From: Cirrosporium novae-zelandiae
Lineage: Eukaryota
DNA length: 64,000 nt
NCBI GenBank assembly: GCA_026023565.1
Contig: JAPETS010000072.1
Span: forward strand, 1 to 64,000
Direction: 5' to 3'
Below, piece by piece: positions 25,313-38,055 of this stretch. Positions within the stretch are counted from its first letter, which is position 1. The number at the start of each line of letters is the position of its first letter. The position numbers and the translations under genes were made by a program. The notes beneath the pieces were generated by a model. That model did no database searches, had not been told where the DNA came from, and saw only the letters and a list, made by a program, of their open reading frames with translations.

Positions 25313-27554
25313 TTACCCAACCACAGCAGCCACCCCCTTCTGCCAAAGACTCCTCTTCCGAACCGGTTCCTTCTCTTTTTCCTCCCTCAACCTCACATCC
25401 AACTCATCCCAATACTTGGCCGCACTAAAATCCATCTCCTCGGGCTTCACAAACTTCGTCCCATACCACCACTTGTACGCATAAAAATCCACCACGAACA
25501 ACGGCGCCGCGATATAAGTGCTAAAGAAATTGGCGGCAGAAGGTTCGGCATCGAAGGGGGAGACGGCGAGGTAGAATTCTAGACCCAGGACGAAGATCAC
25601 GATGGCGATGCCGATCCATTGGTCCCAGGGCGACCAGGGGTCGATGAAGGGGAGGGTGCGGTAGTCTATTTTTTGGGCTTTTAGACCGGCGCGGAAGCAG
25701 ACGTCCGAGTAGAGGATTACGCCCCATTGGATGAAGCCGGATATGCCGACCTAGTTGGAAAGGGGGGGGGGGTTAGTTTGGTGGGTTGGAGAGGGAGTGG
25801 GAATGATTTGGGGGTTGTAGGGATTAATAGGAGTGGTGTATGTCCGTTATAGCCAAAAGGTGACATATGGACAATAAAATGAATCATCGTCATCATCATC
25901 AACGCGAGTAGCGCATGTGGTTCATATGGAGAGTAATGCTTACGAGAGATGAGAACCAGCTGTACACCTTCTCGGCAGTGGAGTTACAGTTTAAATAGCA
26001 TAGACCGCCGCCGAGAGCGACGCTGATGATCATAGCTGACCATGGACGACCTTTTGAGTCTTTCTGGTTGAACCATGGCGGAATGAGGTTAAGATCGCAG
26101 AGGTTTGTTAAGCTTCGACTTGCAATGTACACGCTCGTGACACCTATCGTTCAATAATCAGATATGCTATGTCTCGTGGAAAGAGGACTCTAGCTGCTTA
26201 CCGCAACTTAGGACGGTGATGAAGATGAAAGCGTTGAGGACGTGGGCCAGCGGCATAAGACCGGCATTTTCGATGGCGATGACGAAAGGGCTTGCTAGGG
26301 TTCCGCTTTCGTTGATCAGTCGGGGATCGGTATAAGGTACGCACATTCCGACCAGCCAGATATTAACGACGAAGAAGCTGGCCATGCGCCAGAAGAGCGG
26401 GTACACGGTTTTTCGCACTGTTTCGCGAGGATCCGCTGCTTCGCCTGCCATGACCTATCGCATACATTTAGTATCTAGTTCCTTGGTCAGATTTGGTACT
26501 ATGTCGACGTACGGCTATATGTTCGCCACCCCTAAACGGATCTCCGTCAGCTTTTCAAACCCTATTCATAAGATCAAGGATTACTCACCCGAATGAAAAT
26601 CCAGCTTGCACAAATGCCGCAGCGATCCCCTTTATTCCATTGTTAAAGGCCCCCGGATTTTTCCAAAATTTAAACTCAATCGGCCCATTGGTGGCAGGAA
26701 TTCCACCGCTTGTCATGACAATCTCAAAAAATATCATGGCCACTATGGCGATACATTTGAGAAGAGACAGCCAAAACTCCCATTCACCGTACCATTTCAC
26801 CTCGAAGAGATTGATGGCAACCATTACCACAAGCAGAATTGTGATCCATCCAGCTATTGGCACTCGGTTTGTTTCGGGCCAGAATTGCAATACGGATATG
26901 GCTGCCGTAACCTCGGCCTAGAATATATTAGCCAGCAGATCTCGAAGGAGATGCGCAAACGTACGGGAATAATCATGACCCACTATTGCACGTTAGATTA
27001 TGGATAATAAACGGGTAGGAAAACATTACGTTGAACCAAAAGTTGATACCGATAGCGAATCCCATGGCGGGATCAATATATTCCTGAGATTGTCTGATGA
27101 AACCGCCATGGATTGGTTTGTATGCTGTCAATTCTCCAATAGCCATGTACATGACATAGACGACGTATCTGCAAATCAGAGCATCAGTCACCAGAACGTA
27201 TGCAAGAAAGGCTCGATTCCTTACGCCATGATCGTATAGCTTATGGCAATACCACCAGGTCCAGCTGGTTCAGTCAGTACCACCCTCAAGTTGTTGGCGA
27301 AGAATAATACCTTTGGCCAGTGCACTTCCTGTTCCAACCCATAGTCCAGTTCCAATACCCGCCCCAAATGCCATCATCATAATCTGACGACGTTTGAGGG
27401 ACCGGCTGAAGCCTGCATCTCCATTTGTGGTTTCTGCAACGGTACCCTGGGCAATATCAAGCTGGGCAGGGCTTTCTTGAATCACGGCTTCTTCATCGCT
27501 GACCTTTCCAATGTTCACTGAGGTCTTGGTGACCTCGGCGTCGGCTTGAGCCAT
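25313..27554 (-). CDS. Amino acid permease (APC superfamily, YAT family), multi-intron
   Basis: LKRRQIMMMAFGAGIGTGLWVGTG, AGPGG, GF.RQ..EYIDPAMGFA.G.NFW, YGEWEFW, AGEAADPR and SPFVIAI motifs; about 12 TM segments. Confidence 0.93.
25841..25900 (+). mobile_element. Short LINE 3'-end fragment inside a permease intron
   Basis: tgtccgttatagccaaaaggtgacatatggacaataaaatgaatcatcgtcatcatcatc aligns to the LINE 3' end at 7411-7472. Confidence 0.7.
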
Positions 27555-28388
27555 TCTGCTAATGGATCCAAGGTATCTGGAACAAGGTTGCAGGTATGGA
27601 TAGCAGGATAACAGGATGAGCACAAAAAAGAGGAAGCAGAAAGGGTAGGGAAAGTTTATGTATACATTGGATACATCGGGTACACTGGAAGAATGATAGG
27701 CTATCTGATATCGCCTGAGAGTCGATATCTCCATAAGAAGAGGACCAGGTGGTTTTCCATAATGTAAAGTAAATACAATCTTGGTGGCAAAAGCTATCCG
27801 AAGCTATCCTGCCATATCGATTGGTTGTAAAAGATGATATACTTTTTCAGCTATAGCGGCTGGTGGTCTGGTGGACTCGTTCAGACGATGGGCTTGTTCC
27901 AAGTTTCAACGGCGAAAGCTGTCATAGTACCCACGGCCACCAGGGTAACCCGGGCCACAGGATGTTACCATTTAAGAGATAGGAGGTGGGCCATAAATAT
28001 TGAGACCAAGGAAGCAAAGATCCGCCTTTTTTTATCAAGATAATACTAAATTAGATAAATGTTCCAGACAAAACCAGACAAAATAAGATTCCATCGGGGC
28101 CGCCAGAAAAAATCCAAATTGTCAACGGAGATGAGTATCGGGGAGGAAAGCGAGAAAGTGTCATCCCCACAGGCCATTCTCCGAAAGGTGGGGTTGGACA
28201 TGGATCTTGAATTGATAGCAATGACAAGGAACCATAAGCCGTAAATAGACATGGTCTGGATCAATTCATCGCATCTATTTTAGTGGAATGTCCAAATTAC
28301 TACAAGTATTATTGGGCTCACGATACAAAAAAAGACATACACTCGAATCTTCGACTTCACATTGATTTTTGACCTTTACCTTCGCATC

Positions 28389-29105
28389 ATGGCCACAGAC
28401 AAACATATTGTATTCGACGTTGTCGGAACATGCATATCCTACGATTATTTTATTAATTCCATCGACCAACGCCTGGGAGACAAACTACGCGCCCAATGCA
28501 TCAAACCAAAGTTATTGGGCTTTGCCTGGATGGAAGCTGCAGAACGAGAATATACCTACCTCAGCATTTCTGGTCGATATGTGCGCTTCGTTGACGTTTT
28601 TAAACCACTCTTTTACCGTATGTTGTGGATGGCTGGTATAGAGGAACCTCGTCAGTTTGCAACCGATGAAGATCGAGATTTCATCGTCGAGTCTTATAAC
28701 CATCTCACGCCGCGACCTGGTCTAGCTGAGATGTTTTCTAAATTTCGTGCTGCTGGCTTCACCGTCTGGGCGTTGACGGCAGGGGATACCAAGCGTGTCC
28801 ATGGTTATTTTACTCAAGCTCAGGTTGACATGCCCAGTGAGAACTTTGTCTCATGTGATGATGTTGGAGTGGGAAAGCCAGCTCCTGGAGCCTATAAGCC
28901 GATTATGGAAACAATTGGGAAGAAGGATATTTGGTTTGGGGCTGCTCATATGTGGGATGTTTCTGCTGCAAAGAGAACGGGATTCAAAGGCGCATATTGT
29001 TCGATATGGGAAAAAGAGGCTTGTATCGACCTGTTTGGAGAGATGGATGTCATGGCAGATTCTCTTCCAGATCTGGCTGATAAGGTCATTGCTGCATCTC
29101 AGTAA
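28389..29105 (+). CDS. HAD-superfamily hydrolase, L-2-haloacid dehalogenase (type II)-like
   Basis: Motif I VFDVVGT, motif II LTAG, motif III GKPAP, motif IV FGAAHMWDVSAA; intronless; first ATG at 28389. Confidence 0.9.
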   Translation: MATDKHIVFDVVGTCISYDYFINSIDQRLGDKLRAQCIKPKLLGFAWMEAAEREYTYLSISGRYVRFVDVFKPLFYRMLWMAGIEEPRQFATDEDRDFIVESYNHLTPRPGLAEMFSKFRAAGFTVWALTAGDTKRVHGYFTQAQVDMPSENFVSCDDVGVGKPAPGAYKPIMETIGKKDIWFGAAHMWDVSAAKRTGFKGAYCSIWEKEACIDLFGEMDVMADSLPDLADKVIAASQ

Positions 29106-29953
29106 TGGCCAATGCAGCCTCAACTAAAAGTTGAATGATTTTAGAGTCTATCTAGAATGATGAAACCGATGTTGCGTCAGCGAAGGCTAATGGACTTCAA
29201 CTAGGGTTTAGATACTGCATCCAGGTAATTATAAAAATACCCAAAGATCGTAAACTACGTCTTGTCATTTGTTCATCTTGATTCCGAATACCACAATCTG
29301 CGAGTGGATTAATTCTCATAGAAATCTAATTGATGCTGGGAGATCCTCAAGAGGAAAGGTGGAAAATAAAAAATAAAAAATAAAAAGTGGATAGACTGGT
29401 GGATGGTGGATGGTGGAAGGGAGAAGCGAAGATGAAAAGATGATGTCAAGTAAAAGAGTAAAAGTGTCCAAGTTGGAATTAAACAACGGCCGAAGCTACG
29501 CCGAAACATCCCCACCATAACCCCCTAATTACCCCGTATCAAGTACGGTAGATAAGGAGCTTGCCCAACGTCTTTTGTGAACCTTTTCCTATCTCTCTTC
29601 CACGTACAATAGCTTATCTTGGAGTTTGGAACTTACAAGATCTGGTCTTTGGCTATGATTACACAAGCACCACAAACTAGATTCACTAGGTCCTTTTCGT
29701 GATTGCAATCTCTGACAGACTAATCAGTTAATGTCTTGTGTTCTACTGTGGTAATCAACTTATTTCTCTCTACCAAGCATCCCCTGTACCTCATTACTAC
29801 TTCTACCAGGGCAGCAATGGATATGACCGCCCTGGAGAGAAGAAAATCTTGGGATTTCCGATAGCTGACGTCATCAACTTCAAAGAAAAACAAATAATAA
29901 ATGTCTAAACATTTGACTATTGTTATGGAAACACCATCAATTGCACATCAATC

Positions 29954-31499
29954 ATGTCTACAGATCCTGTCCCTGAACTTCACTTTCCTCGTGCGAATCC
30001 AACTCTTCCGTTCTGGAGAACCCAGTTGGATGAACTGGATGACCATCGCACCACTCCCGACCTCCCAGCAGAATGTGATATCTTGATCATTGGTGCTGGG
30101 TTTTCCGGTGCAGCTACAGCATATAATCTTTTCAAAGATCGTGAACCTGGATCTGTTGTCATTCTAGAAGCTCGACAAGCTTGTTCGGGAGCAACTGGCC
30201 GTAACGGAGGTCATCTGAAACCAGACGTGTATTTCAACGTTAATTACTACGTGCGCAAGTATGGAGCTGAGGCTGCAGCCGAGTTGGCAAACTTTGAAGC
30301 ATCGCAGGTCCTTGCAGTAAAACAGCTGGTTGAGGATGAAGAAATCGACTGTGATTTCAACTTGACCAGAGCATTCGATGTTCATCTGGACGAAGAACAT
30401 GCCAAAAAGACAAAGGCTGCCTATGACGAATTGCGTAAAACAGGAATCTTCACAAGCGTCAAGGATGTTCATTATGTTCCTTCTCAATATGCCGAGCAGG
30501 TCTTTTGACACCACTTTCTCTCTGAGGGGTTGAACTGATATATACCAAAGGTTACCGGAGTCAAAAATGCCAAAGGTGGCTTCAGCTTCACGGCAGGCCA
30601 TGTCTGGCCATACAAAATGGTCTTGCACCTTCTTCGACTGGTCATTTCAAGAGGTATGTCTTCTCAATATCATCTATACCTTGTATCCCTAACTCTAAGT
30701 AGGCGCCAACCTCCAAACCACAACCCCCGTAACCTCCATCTCCGAAACCCCCGACTCGGAGGATCGCTGGACCATCAACTGTGGCCCCCGTGGCGCCATC
30801 AAAACCAAAAAACTCATCATCGCCTCCAATGCCTATACCTCCGCCATTGCCCCCCAATATTCTGGAAAAATCGTGCCGGTTCGAGGAATATGCAGCCACA
30901 TTACGGTTCCTGAGGGGAAAAAGGCGCCCCATCTTCCAAGCACCTACAGTGTACGATACGGGCCGGGTCTGTACGACTATCAGATTACGCGCCCTGATGG
31001 TACCATTGTGGTTGGGGGAGCTAGAACGACTTTCCTCAACGACGAATCACAATGGTATAATGTATCGGATGACACGAAGCTGATTGAACCAGCCAAAAAT
31101 TATTATGACGGCTATATGCAGCGGACCTTTACCGGATGGGAAAACACAGAAGCCTATACGGACAAACTATGGACAGGAAGTAAGTCAAATCAATATCATC
31201 ACCCTCATCCATCCATTCATCCACCCAAACAAGCCAAAACTAACCCCCCCAAAGTAATGGGTTACACAACAGACATGGTCCCACACGTGGGTGCGGTACC
31301 CTCGAAACCTAACCAATTTATCCTGGCTGGCTTCAACGGCCACGGCATGCCGCTTATCTTTCTAACGTCGAAAGCAGTTGCCGAGATGGTCTATGACGGC
31401 AAGGCGTTCGAGGAGACGAGCACGAAGATACCTAGTTTCTTTAAGACTACCAAGGACAGACTGTTGAGTGACAAGGATGAGATTTTGAGGGGTAGTTGA
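29954..31499 (+). CDS. FAD-dependent amine/amino-acid oxidoreductase (DAO/PuuB-like family), 3 introns
   Basis: IIGAGFSG Rossmann motif, EAR..CSGATGRNGGH, WTG/VMGYT.D..PHVG and AGFNGHGMP. Confidence 0.92.
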
Positions 31500-32403
31500 A
31501 GTCGAGAGATTAGAGGGGTACGGTAGGTTTCGGATAATGATCGGGCGATTGTTCTTGTCCTTCTACCCTGTCATGGAGGAGAATAACTAATTACCCAAAA
31601 GTATGTCCGTGTATCCGGCAAAACCATAAAGATACATATCTAGCTATAAATGAATGACGAACAATTAATTATAAACCGACTTTGGTGTTTTTGATAATTT
31701 GATCCATCTACCATACAACAACTTTACATCTCTACCCATTTTTTATATAAAATTTACCCCATAATAGGGAATAAGATTCTTCTCTTTCCGGTCCAGTTAC
31801 GGCCAGCAGCCTGAGCAGCGGCCGCTTTAACCTAAGCTGAGAGTTGAGCTGCCTCATCATCGACTAGAAGCTGGGGTCAGAGAATGGGCTTCAGACCTAA
31901 AGGATCAAATTCCCCTGGTCCTGGCTAGATGTGCGACTCCAATTTTGCCTCCGTGGAGTCTTGGAGCACGGATTGGATAGCGGCGCAGGTTTTGAGACGG
32001 ACCGAATTGTGTAAATTCTTTGGATTCCAATCGGCTCGACCGATGGAGGTGGTCTAGGTAGACAGGCTTGGCAAAGCTATTAATTCATCTACTAGGTTCG
32101 GAATCAAACGTGCATGAGAGAAGCAGAACTGGATTTTTGTGTCAGCTGAGGCTGCCACAATCGTTCTATGATACTGTCGTTCACGGTAGAAGCGGTTTTT
32201 GTACTCGTGTAACCCAGACTCTGTGATTCACTGAAGGATATAGCATCAGCCCGCCGATTAAGGTTTCGCGTGAGTAGGGCTGTTCTCGTTGGCTTAGTAT
32301 TTCAACTGTGGTTCTTCATCTTCATTCTTAATGATACATGACCATTTCACGTCAAGTTTGGACGCCATCTAAGCAAGCTACTGAACCTCCGATTCCATGA
32401 AAC

Positions 32404-33940
32404 ATGGCCAGTTACCGGGAAAAAGGTACGTTCCTGTTCCCGATCTACGGAATGGCTATCTCATCTATAGGATACATGTCCCATGTATAGAATAGCTGTC
32501 CAATCTGACCCTTTACAGAAAAGCGGCTTCAAAACATTAAAAGAAAACCACAAAAAATCCGGAGAAGCGCCCGCCTCAAAAAAGCTTCAGAGCTTCAAAA
32601 ACGTGGTGGCGATACAACGTCTGGACTGAAACGGTCGATAGAAGAGGTGCGTATACCTTCTCTTAGTATATTATTTATTTAGAGCTGACTTGACCGCCGG
32701 GTTTCAGAATTCCGCGCCTCTACCGTTACAGAGCCAAAGGGGATTCCGAATATTCGAAGATCCCGCGAATCATAAGCCCCCTGAGCAGCGTCAAAAACGT
32801 GAATCTTCACCCATATGCCCTTCTTTCAGGCAGACATTCGGTCAAGACGTAGCCCATAGTATCATCAGCGCATCTCGAAAAACCCATATTCGCCATTGGG
32901 CAGAGACAAACAAATGGCCCGAGGAATTCTTTCAAAAGACCGACATGCCATACCTGTTTGCGAGGAAGAATTTTGCCCCTTTTCCTCTTCAGGGTTGGTC
33001 GGAATCCAGCCTTGATGCTGTCACGACCCCAAGCGACCGAAGGCCAAGGGAGGAGAAGAGCGCTCCATACAGAAATCCGATCTATAGCAGTCTGCTTGAA
33101 ACCCGGGGCGGGCTTCATATGATTAAATCGGAATTGGGTATCTCAGATGTAAGCAAAAGCCTTTGTCATAGACTACTTGAAAAGAAATATGCAGTTCCAG
33201 AAAATACTATATTTCGTGACGGCGCTTTCGACGAAGCTTGCCAAAAGCTGCGAGACAAGAATGAAGCAAGAATTATGCAAGATATCGCTCGACTACTCGT
33301 TCCTTCGGTAGAAACTCTCGCAACACTTGGCGATGAACGTTTCGGTGTTTTGGTCGAAAGTATTAACGAGGGCTGGAACAACTGTATTCCTGTGTTGAAT
33401 CCTCGACCACAACCAGATTACGCTGTTGGCTTCGGTCGATGTGCGTTTTCAGAGGATCATTTCAACAAACTCAAACCGGCATTGGGCGATCCTTTGTACA
33501 AATCGTATTTCATGGCCACCTATTATATGCAGTTTCCATTTCTGACAGTCGAAACCAAATGTGGTACCCAGGGACTCGATATTGCAGACCGACAGAATGC
33601 ACATAGCATGAATCTTGCGATAAGAGGTATTTTTGAGCTGTTCAAACTGAGGGGAAGGGAAAAGGAACTCCACCAGAAGATATTGACTTTTTCGATTACC
33701 CACGACAACCAAACAGTGAGGCTGTACGGTTATTATCCTATTATCGATGGATCCAAGGTTAAAATCCACCGTGAGAGGATTCGCACCTTCGACTTTACAG
33801 TGCGCGATGGCCTAGAGAAATGGACGACGCGAAATTTCATATTAGCGGTTTACGAGGAGTCGCTTACTCTTCTCGACAAGATTCGGTCCGTGATTGACGA
33901 GCTCCCGCCTGATTTTAGTCTCCCCCTCTCATTAATCTGA
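32404..33940 (+). CDS. Fungal PD-(D/E)xK/REase-fold-like protein (family recalled as DUF7924; unverified), 2 introns, C-terminal tail possibly decayed
   Basis: RPQPDYAVGF...FPFLTVETKCG..GLDIADRQNAHS and FSITHD..VRLYGYY motifs; ATG at 32404 with GT-AG introns before the long exon. Confidence 0.7.
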
Positions 33941-34854
33941 GCCTTCCATCATCGAAGCACTCTAAGCTATCACAGCGACTTGGAAACCCAACCTGAAGCG
34001 TACAAACCAGGAGAAAAAGCTCGTGAGTTAAAGCCAAGGTGACCTAGAATCGATCACTCCCGATACATCAATGCAAGCTGCCTCTAAAAAGAAGAAAGAG
34101 CCTGATACTACGGCCGGAGGACTGGACTATAAGGGTGAGAACCGTAGCTTTGGAATGCAAATGATGTGGATGGATTTATCATATATTAGCCTGTTCTTAT
34201 GTAGGCAGCCACAAACTATAATAGCCACTTAAAGACACATTTACAGTACTTCTAATTAACATAAAAAGACAACAATCTCACCAAAGTTCTATATAATCTC
34301 TTCCCTCGCTATAGAACAGAACCTCTATAATTAAAAAAATCCAAATAAAGAGCCCATTTTTTAGAAACCCTTAAAGTCAAGCATGAATAATCAATTAAAA
34401 AGTAGCCTAAGCAAAATCTTCATTTTCCACACAATAGGTTTGAAAAATGGCCCCCCACCATCCATCCATCCATCCATCCATAACGAGAAGAGAAAAAAAA
34501 AAAAAGTTAAAAAACTAAATGATAAAGATATGGTTAAAAAAAAAAAAAAAGATCAGAAACCCTAGCACTTTTTTTTTTTTCCTTCTTCTTAAATTAAAAA
34601 ATTAGATATTATGAGACCACATATACACACATACACACATACACATACACATATATCTAATTAGTATCATTCATTCATCCATTCACACACAACCAAATCC
34701 AAAAGAACCAAAAGAACCAGAATGGATTATCAGATATATATCCACCTTTCAGGTTCAGGTCCATTTGTGTGTGTGTGTCCACTACCTACCTACCTATATA
34801 ATCCCATATTCATATCTTACAAAGACTTTTGTAAAGAGGAAAACCGTAGCCAGA

Positions 34855-35017
34855 TCAGTCCAAAATAAACCGTCTACTATCAACCATCTACTATAAACCA
34901 TCTATAGACTTTAGACCAACCAGACCAGACCAGACCAAGGGGGGTTAGTTAGTTAACCTGTTAAGCCTAGTCGGTCTGGTCGGTCTGGTCGGTCTGGTCT
35001 GGTCCATCAACAACACC
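34855..35017 (-). mobile_element. Diverged, expanded copy of the 7905-8004 MITE
   Basis: ctatagactttagaccaaccagacc...aagggggg...gtcggtctggtcggtctggtc...aacaacac matches the reverse complement of 7905-8004 with insertions. Confidence 0.65.
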
Positions 35018-36070
35018 GAGGCATTTGTAGGATTGTTTGCGTGCGTGTCGATGATTAATTGCTACCCTACTGTACCGGGATTCTCGAGCCCCCCCCCCCT
35101 TTCTTGCAAGGATATACAATAAAAAAATGGGGATGATAGATTCAAATGGTAATGATATATAAAGGGAACCCTTATTTTCTCTAGAATCCGGTTCAGATGC
35201 TAAAAGTACTCACTCTTTGGAATCACTCACACACTAGATTAAATAGCTAGATTTAATAAAGCCTTTTTTGGAGAATTCTTTACGTGATTTTGATATTGTG
35301 GGTCTAGGGACAGTCTCTTCCCCACAAAAGCCTACGGTAACAAAGACGTCACTTCTACAGTACATCAAATACAAAAGGCTCCGTTGGAGATCTAATTGTT
35401 TATTTTTTTTTCCCCCTTGCCTTCCCTCGTCTAGTCTTCGCAGGTTGTTTCTTTCACTCCCTATAGCCATCGGTGCTAGGCTGGCTCTCTCTCATGTAGT
35501 AAATTACATGGCTGGATCAGGTTTATCCGCTTGTCGCTAATGATAAGCTTGTCGTTCAATTTCCATCGAGAGCTGGGGTGGTTTCCGGCAAGTTCTAGTT
35601 CCCATGTATCACCCTGGGTCAGACGGCTGATTTCTCTATCAAGGCCACTGAGCTCTGTAGTAATCTGGTCAATCTCTTTTTCTATTGACTCGAGGGTTTG
35701 GGGTCGTACATCTCTTGTTGGGTTATCAAAAGGTGACTGGGTTACTGAGTGACCTAGTATTGCATGTTATATTGAGCATGGTGCAGTGCGTAACTCAACA
35801 TCTCCCGGTGCTTTCTACAAGAGTTCTGAAAAGCATCCCATTACTATCCATGATAATAAACCCGAACTTCTGGTCTGATTCCAGTAATATCATAAGGTTT
35901 GCGGAGCTCCTACCTATCAGATCGCTTGGAGCTTTTTGTTCTGATTTTGATTGGATTGTGTGTTTAGGGAGATTCGTAGATGCCGTCCTTGTTGGGTCCT
36001 TAGACGCCAGGGAGGGGAGGTTAGCTGTTGGCTGGAAGTATAATTTAGTTAGCAATGGCTGAGTACGAAC

Positions 36071-36270
36071 CTGAACGTTCCTTCGGTCCGGACACTAAGA
36101 TCTTGTAATACAAACCAAACCCCCATTTTTCCATCCGTGTCAGTCAATTTTTGGGCGCTCACACTTAGACTACTGGGCGGTAAATTTGGCGTAGAGGAAG
36201 AGTGCTCGGCGCTGCTATTCTCTAGTCTGGCTGAATAAATGCCTGCAGGCGGCCCTTGTTGAGATGAATT
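36071..36270 (-). pseudogene. Isolated velvet-domain (VelB-like) exon fragment
   Basis: SLSVSAQKLTDTDGKMGVWFVLQDLSVRTEGTFR followed by a GT donor and branch site; no N-terminal velvet half and no downstream LK.. exon. Confidence 0.7.
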
Positions 36271-36419
36271 CAAGGTTTTAGACGCCTAGCGATGATTTAA
36301 TTCAACGGGAGAAAGACACCCAAAAATACGTATGGCAGTTGTTTCTCCCGCTTCATGGCTGGCACTGCCTGGCAGTAAAGTCATCTGCTATCCTTGGCGA
36401 GAGATTGTGCCTATTCATG

Positions 36420-37660
36420 CCGGGTGTTGCTGTCGTATAGTTCACAAGTAGGTTTGCTGGAACTGGAGTAGAACCTTCGGTGGCTTCCTCAAGAGGCTCT
36501 TCATGCTTCCACGACATCCTAGGTAGTATTCCCCATCTTCCCTTCCAAATCCCTCGCTTGGTCTAGGTATTCTTGACACTCTTGTACGCCCTCGTATTGA
36601 TGCCTTCCGCATTAGCGTCTTTCCCATTTGCGGATTCTTTTGGATTCGTTCGCGCTCTTTCGATATCTGATAGACGAACTGATGATATAGCGTGAAGCCT
36701 CATATCCACGCTGCGTGCACTTTCGAGCATAGACCTAGGATCCACAATTAGCAAATTAGGTAGTTCAGCTAGTAGGATATGACATACTCATATTCTATTT
36801 CCATAGCCGCAACTGCTCTGACGTCTTCGCGATAAGTCTCTTCAAAATTCGATTACCTAACGGCTGTCCAAAATTCCTTGAAGTTGGCGTAGTCTTGTCT
36901 CTTGACTCATTTATTCTCGTTGTTCTGCTTGAGATATAGCGGTATCAAGGTGGAATTCCAATTTTTCTACTTGTTCCTCTGTGAGTTGGAAATGGGTCAC
37001 GAAATCTTTCTCGCCTTCTGCTTCTAGGTTCTGTGTGAGAGTTATATAAAGTTGGACTTGGACAACAGGGTCCCGTACAACTCGCCGCTCCGCAATCTGT
37101 CATTTTCCGTCATCGCACTTTGGCCGTCTCGGTTTCGGACGCGACTTCTTTGGGGAAAAGGAAAAAGGTGGGGATTCTACTTCCGAATCCGATTCAGATT
37201 CAAGCTTGAGCGGTTCTTCGTGCTTCCACTGGCCAGAAGTGAGCTGGTTCCACTTGTTGTTCAGATGCCTTGCTCGATCTTGCCCTTCTTGATGGTTGCG
37301 CTAGTGTCTTCTTGGAAGATGGCACCTCCCATACCTATGCTTATTCAACTCGTACGCGGATCTGCATTCCAAATCCGCCTCCTCTCTTCTTCTACTTGAG
37401 CTTTGAATTGATAGTATAGTTTTAAGGCGCTAGCCTTAAGTTTAAGTTGGACTCGTCGCTCCAGGTGGCGTTGCTGCTCCTCACTGGGAGGATCTGGACA
37501 GACAGATCGAATCGTCGTACTCGATGGAGCCGATGTATATGGTGGTGGTGGATGGCTAAATTGCTGTCTCTTGCGATCAAGTGGATTTCCCTGTAATCCT
37601 GTTAGAGCTCTGAACCCTAGTCAAACCATCCCCTCGAAGAGTATCAGTAAAGCCAGCCAT
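36420..37660 (-). pseudogene. Pseudogene of a fungal hypothetical family with repeated GIW...W....WKHEEPL motifs, interrupted by an unrelated insert
   Basis: IEQGI/NNKWNQLTSGQWKHEEPLKLESES (~37290-37190) and AYKSVKNT*TKRGIWKGRWGILPRMSWKHEEPLEE (~36590-36485), with frameshifts and stops. Confidence 0.6.
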
Positions 37661-37869
37661 GGGTAGTTGTCGTCTTGTAGTAGACGCGAAATTGTGATGT
37701 GGAGGGCAAATGAAAAGATTTATTATGCGAGGAAAGACGAAGAGTGATGGAAGTATCGATAAATAGCTATCCCTAAGCTGTAGGGAGCACCTCGAACAAC
37801 TCGGAACTAATGACGTATGAATTGTCCTCGTACTGTATATACGTGTATCCATTAAATTTTGTATCTATA

Positions 37870-38055
37870 GCAATATATAGAATTTCGGAGTATCGGGAAT
37901 GCCGACATAAAGCGAGGACACTGAGGAGTCATAACCTAAATCATGTACGTCTAATATTGCAGACTCTGTCTGCCCGCAAATGCTATAGACGCTTGATTGT
38001 ATTGCATGAAAGGGTATCGTTCATCGAGATGTGAAGTCAGAAAACATTCTCTACA
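37870..38055 (+). pseudogene. Protein kinase fragment
   Basis: QML*TLDCIA*KGIVHRDVKSENILY at ~37977-38054; in-frame stops. Confidence 0.65.

Noticed and set aside
31900..32330. Possible minus-strand gene remnant (GLHEYKNRFYRERQYHRT...)
   Set aside because: Multiple stops and no recognisable motif; cannot be supported without a search
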